Part shown: piece by piece, positions 13,044-25,880 of the stretch
How positions within the stretch are numbered: position 1 is the stretch's first letter
Layout: each line of letters opens with the position of its first letter
DNA from: Camelus ferus
Lineage: Eukaryota
Assembly: GCF_009834535.1 (NCBI RefSeq)
Contig: NC_045697.1
Location: 75,704,001 to 75,768,000 of the forward strand
Direction: 5' to 3'
DNA length: 64,000 bases
Made by a program: the position numbers and the translations under genes
The notes under the pieces: generated by a model
Told to the model about the DNA's origin: nothing
Seen by the model: the letters and a program-made list of their open reading frames with translations, nothing else
Databases searched by the model: none

Positions 13044-13275
13044 GTGGTCAAGAGCGCAGGCTCTGGGCCATGGCTGCCTGGGCTCAGCCACTGAGCTGCC
13101 GTCTGCTGGCTCTGCAACCTTACGCAGGTGATCTGAACCACATATGCCTCAGCTTACTGCTCATCTACAAAGCAGGGAAAAAAGTAACACCCACTTCACA
13201 GGGTTATTAATTTAATTAATTTAATACCTGTAAAGGAATTGGGATAGTGCCTATCACACCACGATTGCACAAATA
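13044..13275 (+). mobile_element. MIR SINE
   Basis: tggtcaagagcgcaggctctgg...gcctcagc...ctcatctacaaagcaggga MIR core. Confidence 0.75.
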
Positions 13276-13631
13276 TTAAACTCTCTCTCACTACAGAGAT
13301 CCCCTGGGCTTACCAGTATCATCATCTCTAAGCCCTTGGACCACTTCTACACGCTCAGTATTATGGCAGACAGAACATCAATACTACCCTTAAGAAATTC
13401 ATAAAAAAATTCCTGAAATCATGCACCAAGAAACCAGATTCAATTTTTATCTCTCCTTCTAACTTCTGAAATACTGAGAAATTCATTTCCTTGGTTTGCC
13501 TTTGCCTGAAATGAGTACAACAAAGCTTGTCATCAGCGAAGTTGGTATAAAGACAAAACAAGACCTTAAAGCCCTGGGAGCAGCTTAGAGCACAGGGTGT
13601 TTCAGAGATTTGTATAGAGAATAAAACTTAC

Positions 13632-13861
13632 TGCTCAGCGTCATAGTAGTCCATACGCTTCTTTTTCTTGTTGTAAGCTGCAACTCGAAAGGGAACTATC
13701 TCCAAGGTGATCAGGCCAGGGGCCATGGTCAGCACTTTGGCACCATGAGTTGGTTCATAAAGATCCTTCCCTGTTTCTGGATGAGGCATGCCAGCAGGGT
13801 CTCGTCCAACGATGTAAAAATTGGCTCCTGCAACCATCCGTGCTCTGCAATGCCACTGAAC
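13632..13861 (-). CDS. PAPSS1: PAPSS1 coding exon (probable exon 11), [35 protein letters not shown]...[12 protein letters not shown](H)
   Basis: 230 nt; acceptor ctag|GTT, donor CA|gtaagt; contains the GRDPAG motif; final exon not found in 1-13631. Confidence 0.97.
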
Positions 13862-14082
13862 CTAGAATAAAAGTTTTCACATTAGATAACCGTGATTTTA
13901 TGACCAGTACTTAGAAATGGGAAGTGGATATTAAATGCATACAATTCTTATACAATCAATATCTATCAGTAGGAAACCTCAACAAATTTAAATGTTCTTC
14001 TTGAGAAGCCAGAAACAAAACTGGAAACCAATGTCCTTCCAAAAACTCTAAAAGTATAAATGTATATGGATGCTTATATGTA

Positions 14083-14105
14083 TGTGTGTGTGTGTGTGTG
14101 TGTGT
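14083..14105. repeat. (TG)n microsatellite
   Basis: About 11 TG units seen directly. Confidence 0.9.
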
Positions 14106-14280
14106 TTATATACTTTTTTTATTGGTAAGAGATATATGTCTCCATGTGTATGATTTTACACAACTACTAGATGTCATTTATATATAGTTCAAAATCTAAT
14201 TTATTGGTTAGATCAGGCTAGTGATTGATCCTTTGAAAGAGGCAACTGAAAGGGGCTCCTGGGATAATAAGAATGTTCTT

Positions 14281-14569
14281 CTTTTTTCTCAGCTTTATTG
14301 AGCATAGCTGACAAATATAAACTGTTCATATTTAAAGCCTACAGCATGATGATTTGATATACATATACATTATGAAACATTTACCATAATCAAGCTAATT
14401 AACACGCACACTATGACACAGTTACCTTTTTGTACCTATGGTGAGAGCACTTCAGATCTACTCTCTCAGCAAATCTCAAGTATACAATACAATATAATTA
14501 ACCAATCAACAAGCTGTATGTGAGAGCCTCAGAACTTACTCATCTTATAACTGAAAGTCTATACTCTTT
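14281..14569 (-). mobile_element. L1 3' end (L1MA8/9-like)
   Basis: cagctttattgag...ggtgagagcacttcagatctactctctcagcaaa...cttataactgaaag. Confidence 0.8.
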
Positions 14570-15412
14570 CAGATCAACCCTGGAAATAAAACCTTATACC
14601 TAATCCACTTGGGTGTTAGTTCTAGGAGATCCTGGCAATGTTCTGTTTCTTGACCCACAGTCCAATCCTGGTGCTGGTAATCAAGAGTATGCTCACTGTA
14701 AGAGTTCACTCAGCTGTACGTACACTTGAGCTATGTGCTCTTTTCTCTAAGTTATACTTTAGTAAGTTAAAAAAAAACTTGATGAAAATGATTTAAATTA
14801 CATGAATACTTACTGAGAAACTGGTACTGAGATAATCCTGTTAGCTAAGTGACTACTACCCAGGATACTAGGTAAGAATAAAACGAGGTGTGGTTGTGAT
14901 GAAACAGCCATGTGGCATGCAAAACTACTAGCTTTTTGGCCTACACTTCCGTATTAAGACTTACAGTTTAACACCTAGAACTGTGGAACTTTAGAAGTTA
15001 AAGTAAGAGGTCATCATTCTCATTAAACTCAAAGGTTGAGTGACTTGGCCAATAGTGTAGAACAAACCCAGGTCTAGAAATTTGGTCTTAGCTCCCCTTC
15101 AGTATAAGGCTCCATTATTGAGTGACTTACCAAAACCATCTCAGTTCTACATGAAAATAAGTATAAATGATGACCACTACACATCACATTCATTTTACCT
15201 CTCTTAATAGTTTCTCTTATACCAAGTACTTTATTTTTATCAACATAGTTCAGAAAGCACAATAGCATGGGGGCAGTCCCTTATCCTACACTTGAACTGC
15301 ACCTGAGGCATTTCAACTTTTTTTAGCTGTTTCTACTGATATTTACCTTTATATTTCTAAATTGAATGCATATGCTGCTGTGCCTTGACAATTTAACTTA
15401 AGATACTATATA

Positions 15413-15526
15413 CAGTTATCCCTCAGTATCCGAGGATGCTCAAGTCCCACAGTCGGCCCTCCGTATCCAATTCCACGTACATGTGAACTTGCACAGTTCA
15501 AATTTGTGTTGTTCAAGGGTCAACTG
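15413..15526. mobile_element. MER8-like MITE (Tigger family), internally deleted to 114 bp
   Basis: Terminal inverted repeats CAGTTATCCCT...AGGGTCAACTG, flanked by TA on both sides. Confidence 0.8.
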
Positions 15527-15934
15527 TAATACAGATGTTCTTTCCACATTACTTATTTCCACATTCACTATAAAAGATATTTGACTCTTACTACACTATC
15601 CTCATTCACTATCGCATTCCACTTCTGGTGAAATAAACATTCATCTGTAAAATGGGAATTACAATAGTACATATCTCAAACAACTTTTAAGAAAATTTAC
15701 AGATGGAACATGTGAGGACTTAGAACAGGACCTGGTACAGAGTAAGTATACAGTAAATGTTAATTAGCTGTTATTATCACCTTTATCTTATTCCTTTCCT
15801 TGTACAACTATTTGTTTTTCCTAGAGTTAATAATTCCCTTGATTTTTTTCTGCTTGTTTAGTTTTCCATACACCTGTGTTTCTATGTACCTTTATTATCC
15901 TTTTTCCTGAACACATAGTTTAATATAATTTTCA

Positions 15935-16075
15935 GTCTCCCTTGCAGCGTGGCCATATGGCTGGGTTCTGGTCAACGGAATGAGAGCCAAAGTGATGTGT
16001 GCCACTTCCAAACACAGTCCATTAAAAAGCCTCCTGTTTGCTTTCCCCATATGCCAGCCAAACAGAAAGGACTCC
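15935..16075 (+). mobile_element. MLT1J-like LTR fragment
   Basis: gtggccatatggctgggttctggtcaacggaatgagagccaaagtgatgtgtgccacttcc. Confidence 0.6.
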
Positions 16076-16859
16076 ACGGTCCTGTAACTACCTCTTTTTT
16101 AATTATAGTATTATTTCTGCTTGCATTGATTGGCAATAATTCTGTATTAACAAGATGGCAAAGCACAATGCTAGAAGACCTTTGTTCCCCGTATATACCA
16201 CCTTTTCCTCCACCCACCCCAGGTTCAGCTCTTCATGAAAATTCTGCTCGTTCCCCTCTGCCCCTTCATAGCAGACACACTGAACACCTTTGCTAGTTCA
16301 GACTCAGAATTTTTAGCAAGGGGTCAGTCAGAATCAAATCATCAATTAACTACTTTGTAATTCCACTTAAATGGAAAATCTCTTCTGTCTCATGCAAAAT
16401 AGCTACTGCTTACAGACTTAAGTTAAAAAGGCAGTCTAAGTTCTCTGAATCTGGATGAACTGATTTTACTCATTAAATGTTTATGTCTACGTGCTTAAAT
16501 TATTCAAGTGCTAAATAAACTAGGAATACTTTTTGACCAAAAGCATACTGGTGACAGTGATCAGTCCTAATTTCGTCTTGTAAAATTACAGGAATTGCTT
16601 CTCTGATTTCTTTTAGAGGTTATATGAGTAATTTAAACATAAACACAACAAACATGGAGAGAACATTCTCCTGCAGGTGACCTGAATGATTTCGATATAT
16701 ATTTTAGTGAATGGTTCCCTTATGAGCAGATTTCTAAAATTTTAATAGCCATGAATAAGTAAATCACATGTAACTCTTCCAAGAATGCCTCCTGAGTCAA
16801 CTTGAAAAGGTAATATGTTTTAATCAAGAGAATGCAAGTCAGCCCACACCCATCAGTTT

Positions 16860-17060
16860 CTGGTTAAGAACACAGGCTTTAGAGTCAGGCTGTCCTAGAT
16901 TTGAATCCTAACTTTGCCCCTAACTGATGGAATGCCTGTAGGCAATTTCCTTATATAAGCCTCAGTTCCCTAATTTATAAAAATAAGAATGATAATATTT
17001 AACACATAAGATTGATGGGAGATTTGAAAGTACTCAGGACAGCACCTGGCCCTCAATAAA
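16860..17060 (+). mobile_element. MIR SINE
   Basis: tggttaagaacacaggctttagagtcaggc...ttgaatcct...agcctcagttccc. Confidence 0.8.
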
Positions 17061-17455
17061 GGACAGTCACAAATACTATGAAGTATTTCCTGACAATCAC
17101 AGTTGAATTAATTGCTTCCTAATCAGTGTTTCTAAAGAAAATTCATCCACTCTCTGAAAAAGATGACATGCTGCCAAGAAGATGGTTGCTAAAAACCAGT
17201 AAGAGCTGTCTATCTATCCAGCAGATGGAGGTTAAGATGTATTACTTATCTTTTTATGCCCAGTAGCTAGCATGCTGTCAAGAAATTGAATGCATATTGA
17301 AGAAGGAATGAAAGATGATGCCTACAGGTTCTCTAAGAATGTGAAAACGGCCAACCTAACAACAAATGACTTCTTTTCTGCTTTACTTGCATCTGTGCAG
17401 CAAATTACATATAGCTTTGTCATTTTCTTTCTGTTTATAAAATTAATTTAATTCA

Positions 17456-17665
17456 TGTGTGGCAAACACTGCTCGTTGCCTGGCAATAACTGATTTCTCT
17501 TTGCCCTATCTCCCTGTTCCTTGGTGACAGAAACCTCACTCTAAAGAATGGAAATGTCAGGTCCTTGCCTACTCAGCCTGCCTTGACACACAGCCATACA
17601 GCATGGGCATCTGGGCAAATAACAGGACCTCTGAGGAAGTTTGCTGGAAGGTCTCTGAAAAACCT
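17456..17665 (+). mobile_element. Old MLT1 (K/L-like) LTR 5' fragment
   Basis: Starts tgtgtggcaaacactgct; contains ggaagtttgctggaagg...ctttcctccct motif. Confidence 0.5.
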
Positions 17666-17679
17666 TTCCTCCCTAAGAA

Positions 17680-20062
17680 GATTCTCAACTTTCATTTATC
17701 TGAAAATGTCTTTACCTTTATTTCTGCTTGACTATAGAATTCTAGATTAAGACTTTTTTTTTAAATGTTACTCCATTGCTTTTAGTTCTTGTTGCTCTTG
17801 AGAAGTTGGCCATCATTTCTATCATCTCTCTACTGTTCCCCCTCCTTCTTCCCAAGTCTCTGCTTTCAAGGTTCCTCTTTATCGTAAATGTTCAGCAGAT
17901 TGACTACTATGTGCCTAAGTGTGGTCTTCTTTGCGTTTACTCTTTCTGATATTTACTGGGCTTCTTGAATTTGTAGGCTGATGGTATCCACCAATTTTGG
18001 AAAACTTTCAAACCATTATTTTTTTCAGAAACTTTTCTGCCACATTCTCTCTCTTTTCTTTCAGAACTCCAATTATACATATGTTAGATGGCTTGACATA
18101 TTGTATAACTCCATTATACATATGCCCACAAGTTACTGAGGCTCTGCTCATTTTTTTCTCATTTATTTTCTTTTTTCAAATAATAGAAACTGTGTTTTTA
18201 AAAAAACTCACTGAACTTTTCTTCTGCCAACTCTAGTCTGCTTTTAAGTTCATCCAATGAATGTTTTCATTATAGACACTATACTTTTTTAGTCCTTGAA
18301 TTTCCTTTTTTTAAAATAATTTCCACTTTTCTGAGATTCCCCATCCAAAGGCTATATTTCTCTTTAAGAAGCTTTAGTATTCTTATTTGCTAATTCCAAC
18401 ATCAGCATCATCCCAAGGTATATTTCTAGTGATAGTTTTTATCCTGGATTATAAATCACAGTTTCTTGCTTCTTATCTCCAGTAATTTGTTATTGTACAC
18501 TGGACTGGTGAATGATTTGTTTTAAGGATTTGTTATTTTCCTTTAGAATGTTGAGAGCCTGATTCTAGAAGGCAGGTAATTTACTGGCACCTCTCCATAT
18601 CTTTTTGAGGCTCAGTTTTAAGTCTTGTTGGGCAGGTCCAATCTAGCTTTTTGTGCCAACTATCAATCCACTGCTTTCAACTCCAAATTCACTGTCAGTA
18701 CTTGCACTGAGATGATGGATTGAAAACTCTAAGCATTTCTCCTTCACAGTGAGCACAATGTTAAGTTTTATCAGTAGAGAGAGTTAGAAGGACACTGTAG
18801 GAGGAAATGGGTGAAGTGGTGCCTGTGTACAGGGATATTTGGTAGCACTCTGGTCCAGAAGCAAAACCAAAGTACATAATCCTTCAACAACCTCAAAGCC
18901 CTAGTCTGAGTCCAGTGACCACCCTGCTGCAGCCCTCCTAATGCAGATACCAGCGTACTGCAACCAGCAGCTCCCTAATTCCCTCTGCTCACCCACCCAC
19001 CAGCCTGTGTTCCCTTTGCCCCAAAGGGTTGCTTCCTGCATTCATTCCATGACAGGTATCTCACACTGTGCAGCACTCTGGCAGCAAGCCGGTTCCCAAT
19101 GCCTTGACGCCCCCTGAGCACCAGACTATCAGCATCAGCTAGCCTGTGCACCAGAGGGTTGTTTCCTGCTTTCTGGCATCTGTGAACCAGTGTGGTCTAG
19201 GAATCCACTGAAATTCACCATCCAGTGGGATGAAACCACACCTTTTTCAATGAGATCTGAGGCCCAGCCTTGGGGAGGGGATCCCCTTTCTAAGTCTGTC
19301 CTTCCTTTGGGTAATCTCCCTCAGTCCCACAGTACCCTTTAGAGTTTACTGTGCACTTCTATAGTTACTTCTCTATTAAAGTTCAATAATTCTTTAAACT
19401 TCCACTGACCAATTCTTGGGGATTTCCCACCTCCCAACTGCACCCAGACTGATACAGTCTTTCTCCAGGACATGGTCTTTACTCCTAAAGCAAGTGTTTC
19501 TGGTGTCTTAGTTGAATGCCTAGGATGCTAACAAGGTCTCTCCACTCTAGCTGGGCTGGAATGTCATCTTCCAACAAAGAATAACCTCTAGGATCTTCAA
19601 TCCACTCTCAAACTTATCACAGCCACTCTTTACCAGGCCTCAGAGTTTCGTGCTGCACAAATGCAGTCCAGTGAACCCTGGGGAAGACCCTCACAGGAGT
19701 CTGCTGCCTTAGCCGTGCGTTACCCTCCTCATCAGTAAGTAGTTTGCAAGTCTCAGTTGTTCCAGCAGTCCCCAATCCAATCTCTGCCTCCTCAGCTCAA
19801 CAGGACCACTGTGTTTCACTTGGGTCCCCACTGTCTGTGCTGTGGTCAGGAAACTGTCCCTGGGCAGAGAACCAGGATAGACACAGGTCCATGGTGATTC
19901 CCAGCTTTCACGGATCATATTCCTGCACTGCCTGTTTGCCAGTGCTTTTACACAGGTGTTTCACATACTTAATTTTATAGTACTTTTCAGCAAGAGGGCA
20001 AGTCCAGTGCAGGAGGGCAAGCCCAGTACCAGTTACTCCATCATGACTAAAAGCAGAAGTCT
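17680..20062 (-). mobile_element. Ancient L1 (L1M4/L1ME-type) 5' UTR plus ORF1 remnant, split by an LTR41-like element
   Basis: T-rich antisense ORF1-like text (gggcttcttgaatttgtagg, ccaattttggaaaactttcaaaccatt); 5' UTR motif aggtctctccactctagctgg; ends near aaaagcagaagtc. Confidence 0.65.
18652..19456 (+). mobile_element. Solo ERVL LTR, LTR41-like
   Basis: Ends TGTGCCAAC...GACTGATACA; 5' text matches recalled LTR41 (ctccaaattcac, catttctccttc, atgttaagttttatcagtagag). Confidence 0.75.
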
Positions 20063-20069
20063 AGATGTA

Positions 20070-20335
20070 TTCTGAAAGTAGAGGGAACAGCATTTTTGTG
20101 GGCAGACCAGACATGGGCTATGAGAGAAAAAGAAGAGTCAATGATGATTCCAAGATTTCTTGAATGAACTGCGATCAACTGAGATGGGGAAGCAAAGGAT
20201 AAAGCAGATTTAAAGGAGGTAAAATGAGATAGTTAACACTTCAGATACGTTAAATTTGAGCTATTGGTTAGCCATTCATAACAGCTGGTTATATAGGTCT
20301 GTAGTTCAGAAAAGAGGTGTGAACTAGAGATACAG
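20070..20335 (-). mobile_element. L2 fragment
   Basis: gagagaaaaagaagagtcaatgatgattccaagattt...actgagatggggaag. Confidence 0.7.
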
Positions 20336-20484
20336 AGGAGAGGAGAATTAGACACTGTGCTTTAAGACAATTAGAGATCTGATTATTTCCTTAAGAAGAG
20401 GAATGGATGGGCCAAAATCCATGCAATGTTAAGACTTTCAAGAAATTTTTAAATCACTTCCCAAAAAAGTTATACCAGTTGAAG

Positions 20485-21180
20485 AATGTGTGGATTATTC
20501 GGCCCTTTTGTATGTCACTGAGTGTGAGAATGTAAACTGGTAAAACATTTTTGAAAATAATTTTGCATTACCATGTAGAGCTGGATATTTGCATTTCATA
20601 GTATTCAGAAATTCTACTTCTAAGAGAAACTTTTGCACACATGCAGGAGACAGGCACCAAAAAATCACAGCAGTGCTGTTCATAACAGTAAAAAAATAAT
20701 ATACAGTAAAAACACCAGAACACATGCAACAAAACGGAAACATGAATGTCCCACACCGATATCAAGAAACATTAGGTAAATTGTGGTACATTCTCATAAT
20801 GAAACACTATGTTATATACATGAAATGAATAAACTATAGCTACATAAACAACCCACATGGAAGAATCTTAGTAACGTAAGTGTACCCAAAATAATGGAGT
20901 CAAGTCCCAAAGACAACATAAAGTATTATACTCTTTTAATAAAGTTGGAAAACAAGTACAACAAATCTTATATCATTTAAGCGTACACGCTTGTGACAAA
21001 ACTGTGTTTGCATGCTAAGATAAATAAAGAAATACAAATATCAAGACCGTGATTTCCTGGTTGGAGAGGAGAATGGCAGCAGAGGAATGGGATGGATAGG
21101 AGAACCTGGGAGATTAAGTTATATACTTCTCAGCTCAAGAGCAACTCACAATTGTTCATGCAGTGATTTTTTTTTTAAAT
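20485..21180 (+). mobile_element. L1ME-type 3' region
   Basis: gagaatgtaaactggtaaaacatttttgaaaataattttgca...taaattgtggtacattctcataatgaaacacta. Confidence 0.7.
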
Positions 21181-22249
21181 AACACATAAAAACAACCAAA
21201 ACTGAAAAGAGTAATTCGCAGATCAATGACACCAGTGCACCATATACCATATTGTGATTAATCTAATTCTGTGCATCTGAGGTCCACACAAGATTGTTTT
21301 AGAAATCAGTATTAATTTATACTCCCACCATGTCTATGTTTCAAAGCAAAAGGTAGAAAACCATTATGGTTCATATTTTCCCCCCAAATTAAGTAGATAT
21401 GATATTTATCCATCATTTAAAATAAACCTAAAAAAAAAAAAACACATTTCTTAAAATGTAGCTCAAAGTTTACCTAATCTGGTTCATAGAGTTCCTACTT
21501 CACACTGCTTAAATGTGTTTCAAAGTATGTGGACCACAAGATTTTATACTCATTATGCAAGATGGATGAAAAATTAAAAGATAGTTAAACTGCAGAAATG
21601 CTCACAAGATCTAATATTTCCACAACACTCTGGACATATTTTTTAAATTTCACTTAAAATGTTTTGTTTTTCCTTCCCTTTTATATTTTATTGGGCTTAC
21701 TAAACTATGAAAATACTTCTTTAGAAGGACACACTTCTGCAAGTTACAATTTCTTGATTGAGGAAACCTGTTCATTGTCTTAAAGAGACAACATGCTCCC
21801 TAAAAGATGACTGTCAAAACAAACAAACAACAAGTGAAAGAAAAATCTGAGGGGGGGAAAAGACTTATAGATTGTATTATAATCCTAAGCATTAATATGG
21901 TATATATTTGCAGATCTTTACTCATTTATATAACTTAATAAGCCAAAGTAAAGAATTACAAGGAAAAATGTCTTCACTAAAATTATTCATTTTTGTCACT
22001 AGACAAAAGCCAAGATGTTCATTTAGTACCTGAAATCAGTGACTTCTTTAGTCTCAAGTTGCATTTTAAAGTAGATTGAAGGAGATAGGTAGAGAATAGA
22101 ACTATTTTCCTATTCATACTTCCAACCTCCTACAAACTGTTTTTAATGATAAAGTTAGTCAGATGAAAAGAAATGAACAAAAGAATAAAAAGTGATCTGT
22201 GGGTTATCATTTTTTTGAATAATCAAAACCACTAACATGAATTTATACA

Positions 22250-22345
22250 CTGGGAATAACTCAACCCTATTGAAAGAAAAATCTATATAAAAAAATCTAT
22301 ATATGCTGGGAGTAACTCAACCCCACTGAAAGAAAAATCTATATA
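22250..22345. repeat. Local 40-bp direct repeat (2 full copies plus a partial third)
   Basis: 22250-22289 versus 22306-22345, 37/40 identical. Confidence 0.9.
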
Positions 22346-22777
22346 TCATGAACCTAAAAATTTACATAATAAATATTAATTATAAAATAAAACTTTAAAA
22401 CACTCTTACCACCCAAAATAGTATAATTGTTGCATTTTTTGGAAACTGTGGTGCGTCTAGGACTTAAACACATAAGATCACAGAGAAAGAACCTGGCTCA
22501 ACAAATACATTTCTCTGTATATCATGTCAATTAAAGAACTTTCATGGGTTCCAGAGATTCAAAGTCAGTGATAAACCAGACATTCAGGTATGCGCTGATC
22601 ACATGATTAAATATTATACCACCTTCCTCTCCTTATGTGAATGAAAACTGGTGTAAAATTTCTGAAAGGCCTGGTGATTAACATGTCAAAAACCCAAGCA
22701 ATTCCAATTCCAGGACTTATCTTGAGAGAAGCATACAAAGATGTTCATTTCAGAATTTATCACAGAGTCGTTGATAT

Positions 22778-23113
22778 CAGACAGAGAGAAAGATAAATAC
22801 CAAATGATATCACTTATATGTGGAATCTAAAATATAATACAAATGAATTTATTTACAAACAGAAACAGACCCACAGACATAGAAAAGAAACTTACAGTTA
22901 CCAAAGGGGAAAGAGGAGGGGGAGGGATAAATTAGGAATATGGGATTAACAGATATACATTACTATATATAAAATACATAAATAAGGACTTACTGTATAG
23001 TACAGGGAACTGTATTTACTATCTTGTAATAATCTATAATGGAAAAGAATCTGAAATTGTACACCTGTAACTAACACAATATTGTAAATCAACTATAGTA
23101 AAATAAAATAAAA
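22778..23113 (+). mobile_element. Cetartiodactyl L1 3' end (L1_Art-like) with (TAAAA)n tail
   Basis: tatcacttatatgtggaatctaaaa...gggataaattaggaatatgggattaacagata...ctgtatagtacagggaact. Confidence 0.85.
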
Positions 23114-25084
23114 TGCATGGCAGAATAATGACTACTCAGAATCAATAACTATCATTGAAATAAATCAATATTTGTTTCAAAACTTCCTCCAAGTACCTTT
23201 TTGCAGCTAATGTTTACTTGTACCTTAACTTCCACAACGTGAATAATACAAGTAAGAATTAAGTTTTCCTACCCAACAGTGCTAAGAGGGGAGTAGTTCA
23301 TTCAAATTATAATCAACTCTTAAAGAAATGAGATTTATCTATATTTGCAAATCCTATAATGGCTTCTCCTCGCCATCTATAATAGATTAAGATATTGTAT
23401 GACTAACAAACCAAAAATCATTAATATATAGGAACCTAAATTACCCATCTCCATACACATAGTATTTACAATGCAAATTCTTTAGAATTCGAATTGTTCT
23501 TGATTCACCCCAATATGGCATATTGCCTAGAAGAATGTCTCTTCCCCATTTTATAAACATAAATCTCACTTGCTCCCTGACTCCATTAGAAAAATACTAT
23601 CTATCATCTACCTTCCTACTCTCAAACCTAGCAAAGATTTTGGTAAATTTTATTTTCAGCAGTTTCTGAGAGAAAAATAAACTAGTTATTTTTCAAATTT
23701 AAAATTAATTATAAAATTATAAAACTGAACTACACCACTTACAGGTAACACCACTAGTACTACACCATCTTCTCCCCACCCCACAACTGAGAAATTCCAC
23801 TGTCCCAGAAGTCTGGCAGATTAAGCATATAATATTTTCAATTTTTCTTAAAGATACTAAAGATAACAATTAGGACAGTTATTTAAGTCCCCACTCAAAG
23901 ACCTATTTCTTTATACATTACACATCAAAATTTTCTTTAAATGTAATGAATTTTATTAGAGTCAACATTCCATAAAGCCAAATTCATACACTCCACTGGT
24001 TTATGAAAGAACTTCAGGAACAGGGACTTTTTTTTTGGGAAATGTGCAAATTTTCTTTTCCAAATTGTCAAAAAAAAAAAAAAGTCCTTGTTTTAATGTT
24101 ACAAAAATTCTTTAAAAGTCAAATCTATTATCTATTTTTATCGGGTAAAAAAAATTTGTATCTTCATTCACCTCATGTATTCCACGTTAAAATACCCCAC
24201 ACCTTGGTTGTACATTATCACATCACTCTAGTATTAACCTATTTTCTTGAAATTCTCAAATCTTAATGGTCTGCCTCTTGATTTCTCAATGGTATGAATC
24301 ATTTTAAACTCTTCAAGGTGACTAGAAGAATCTAGAGAGGCAATTGAAAGACAAGGTTCATCCTTCCCCTCAGGCAGGTTCTGGTTACTTACGACCTTCA
24401 ATCTTCTTCGTACAACTAGTATTCTAAATGTTTCTACCAATTTCTATACTGTGTACAGGCACTGAACAGTATCCAGTCGTCACGAGTCATATTTCTGACT
24501 TACAATGCAAAAACTAGGAAATCTACTTGGATACTCCACTCTTCAGCTTGTAGAAAAGAATTAAGACACACCTTATAATTACTCCCATCACACAATTCTA
24601 AGAGTTGAAAGGGAGTTTAGATTGTGGAACCCAAATCCTTCATTCTGCACATCAGGAATCCAAGGCCTGACACACAAATTACAGACTTCCCCAAAGATTT
24701 CCTTTGTCTTCAACAATAAACCTCAGCTGTCTCAGGGTTCAGAATACCATACACCTCAAAAGTAAAAGAAGTATTTGTTCAGAACCATCAGCAACCAAAC
24801 TAATTTTATTCCTGTAAACTACCTTGCCCTGGCTGAGGCCAGGCGCCCGGCAGGCAGGAAGACGGACATGGAACAGAGAGTAAATCCAGTATCCTCCTCC
24901 CTCTTCCTGCCTCCCAAGCCCAGGAGTCCCAAATTCACTACTGATAAAAGCCAGAAGTCCTTGATTTTCTTCTGCCTCTCTACCTCCTCACTGATTATTA
25001 TTTAAAGGAATCAAAGGAAGACAATCATGGTGGTATGTCATCAGAAAACATTACATGGGATCCTTCACAGGGGTAAGAGAAGAA

Positions 25085-25300
25085 AAAAACAGGTACCAGT
25101 TACTGAGTTTTCTAATGTAGCAGTCACTGTACAAAGTGTTTTACAAATACCTCATTTGATGTTTATAGCAAATCAATAGGATAGTTAATATTTGTTTTAC
25201 AAACAAGAAAACTTTCAATAACACATTCAAAGCCACAAAATGAACAACTAAGAGATGGAGTATTTGAACCTGGGTCTGTCTGACCCCAAAGGCCCTGCAT
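25085..25300 (-). mobile_element. MIR SINE
   Basis: tatttgaacctgggtctgtctgaccccaaaggcc is the reverse of the MIR head. Confidence 0.65.
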
Positions 25301-25754
25301 ACCTATTCTCACTGAGCTACTTACACTGTGTCACACATTACAAGATGACACATCAGAGCAGGAGAGAAAATACAACTTAGTACTACGTTTAGGGAAGAAA
25401 CAGCATAGATTACAACTGCAGGAAAATGTGAAAAGCCAGACTAGAAGACAGTATATGAACTTACTGCTGCTTGAGTAAGAAACAAACAAAAACAGATTCT
25501 GAGCGAAACATCTATAGAAAAATCAGGAGAAAAACAGGGTATTCCCCCCTCTCCCATAAAAAGCATTAAAACACCTATAACATCTAATGTTTCTGAATTA
25601 AATGAGTGATTTCAGTTCTCAAGACACATATAAGCTAAAAGCATATAGAACAGACTACAAGAATCCCCAACATTATTTTTAAAATAAACCAACAGGATCT
25701 AAATATTTTTGTGGCAAAAATCCACCATTGCTTACCCAAATATCTGAAGTTCAA

Positions 25755-25880
25755 TTTTTTTCCAGCTTTATTGAGATATAACTGACATATAATATTATGG
25801 AAGTTTAAAGTATACAACATGATGATATACGTCCATACTGCCAAATGGTTACCACAATAAGATTAGTTAACGTGTTCATC
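25755..25880 (-). mobile_element. Short L1 3' tail (L1MA-like)
   Basis: ccagctttattgagatataactgacatataat...tatacaacatgatgat. Confidence 0.75.

Noticed and set aside
1..13631. Search for the terminal PAPSS1 exon (HEDFEFISGTRMRKLAR...)
   Set aside because: No matching sequence found by eye; the exon is presumably left of the window, so there is no evidence of gene truncation.
22250..22345. Repeat-spacer-repeat pattern as CRISPR-like
   Set aside because: Only two units, the spacer derives from the repeat, the context is a mammalian intron, and there are no cas genes.
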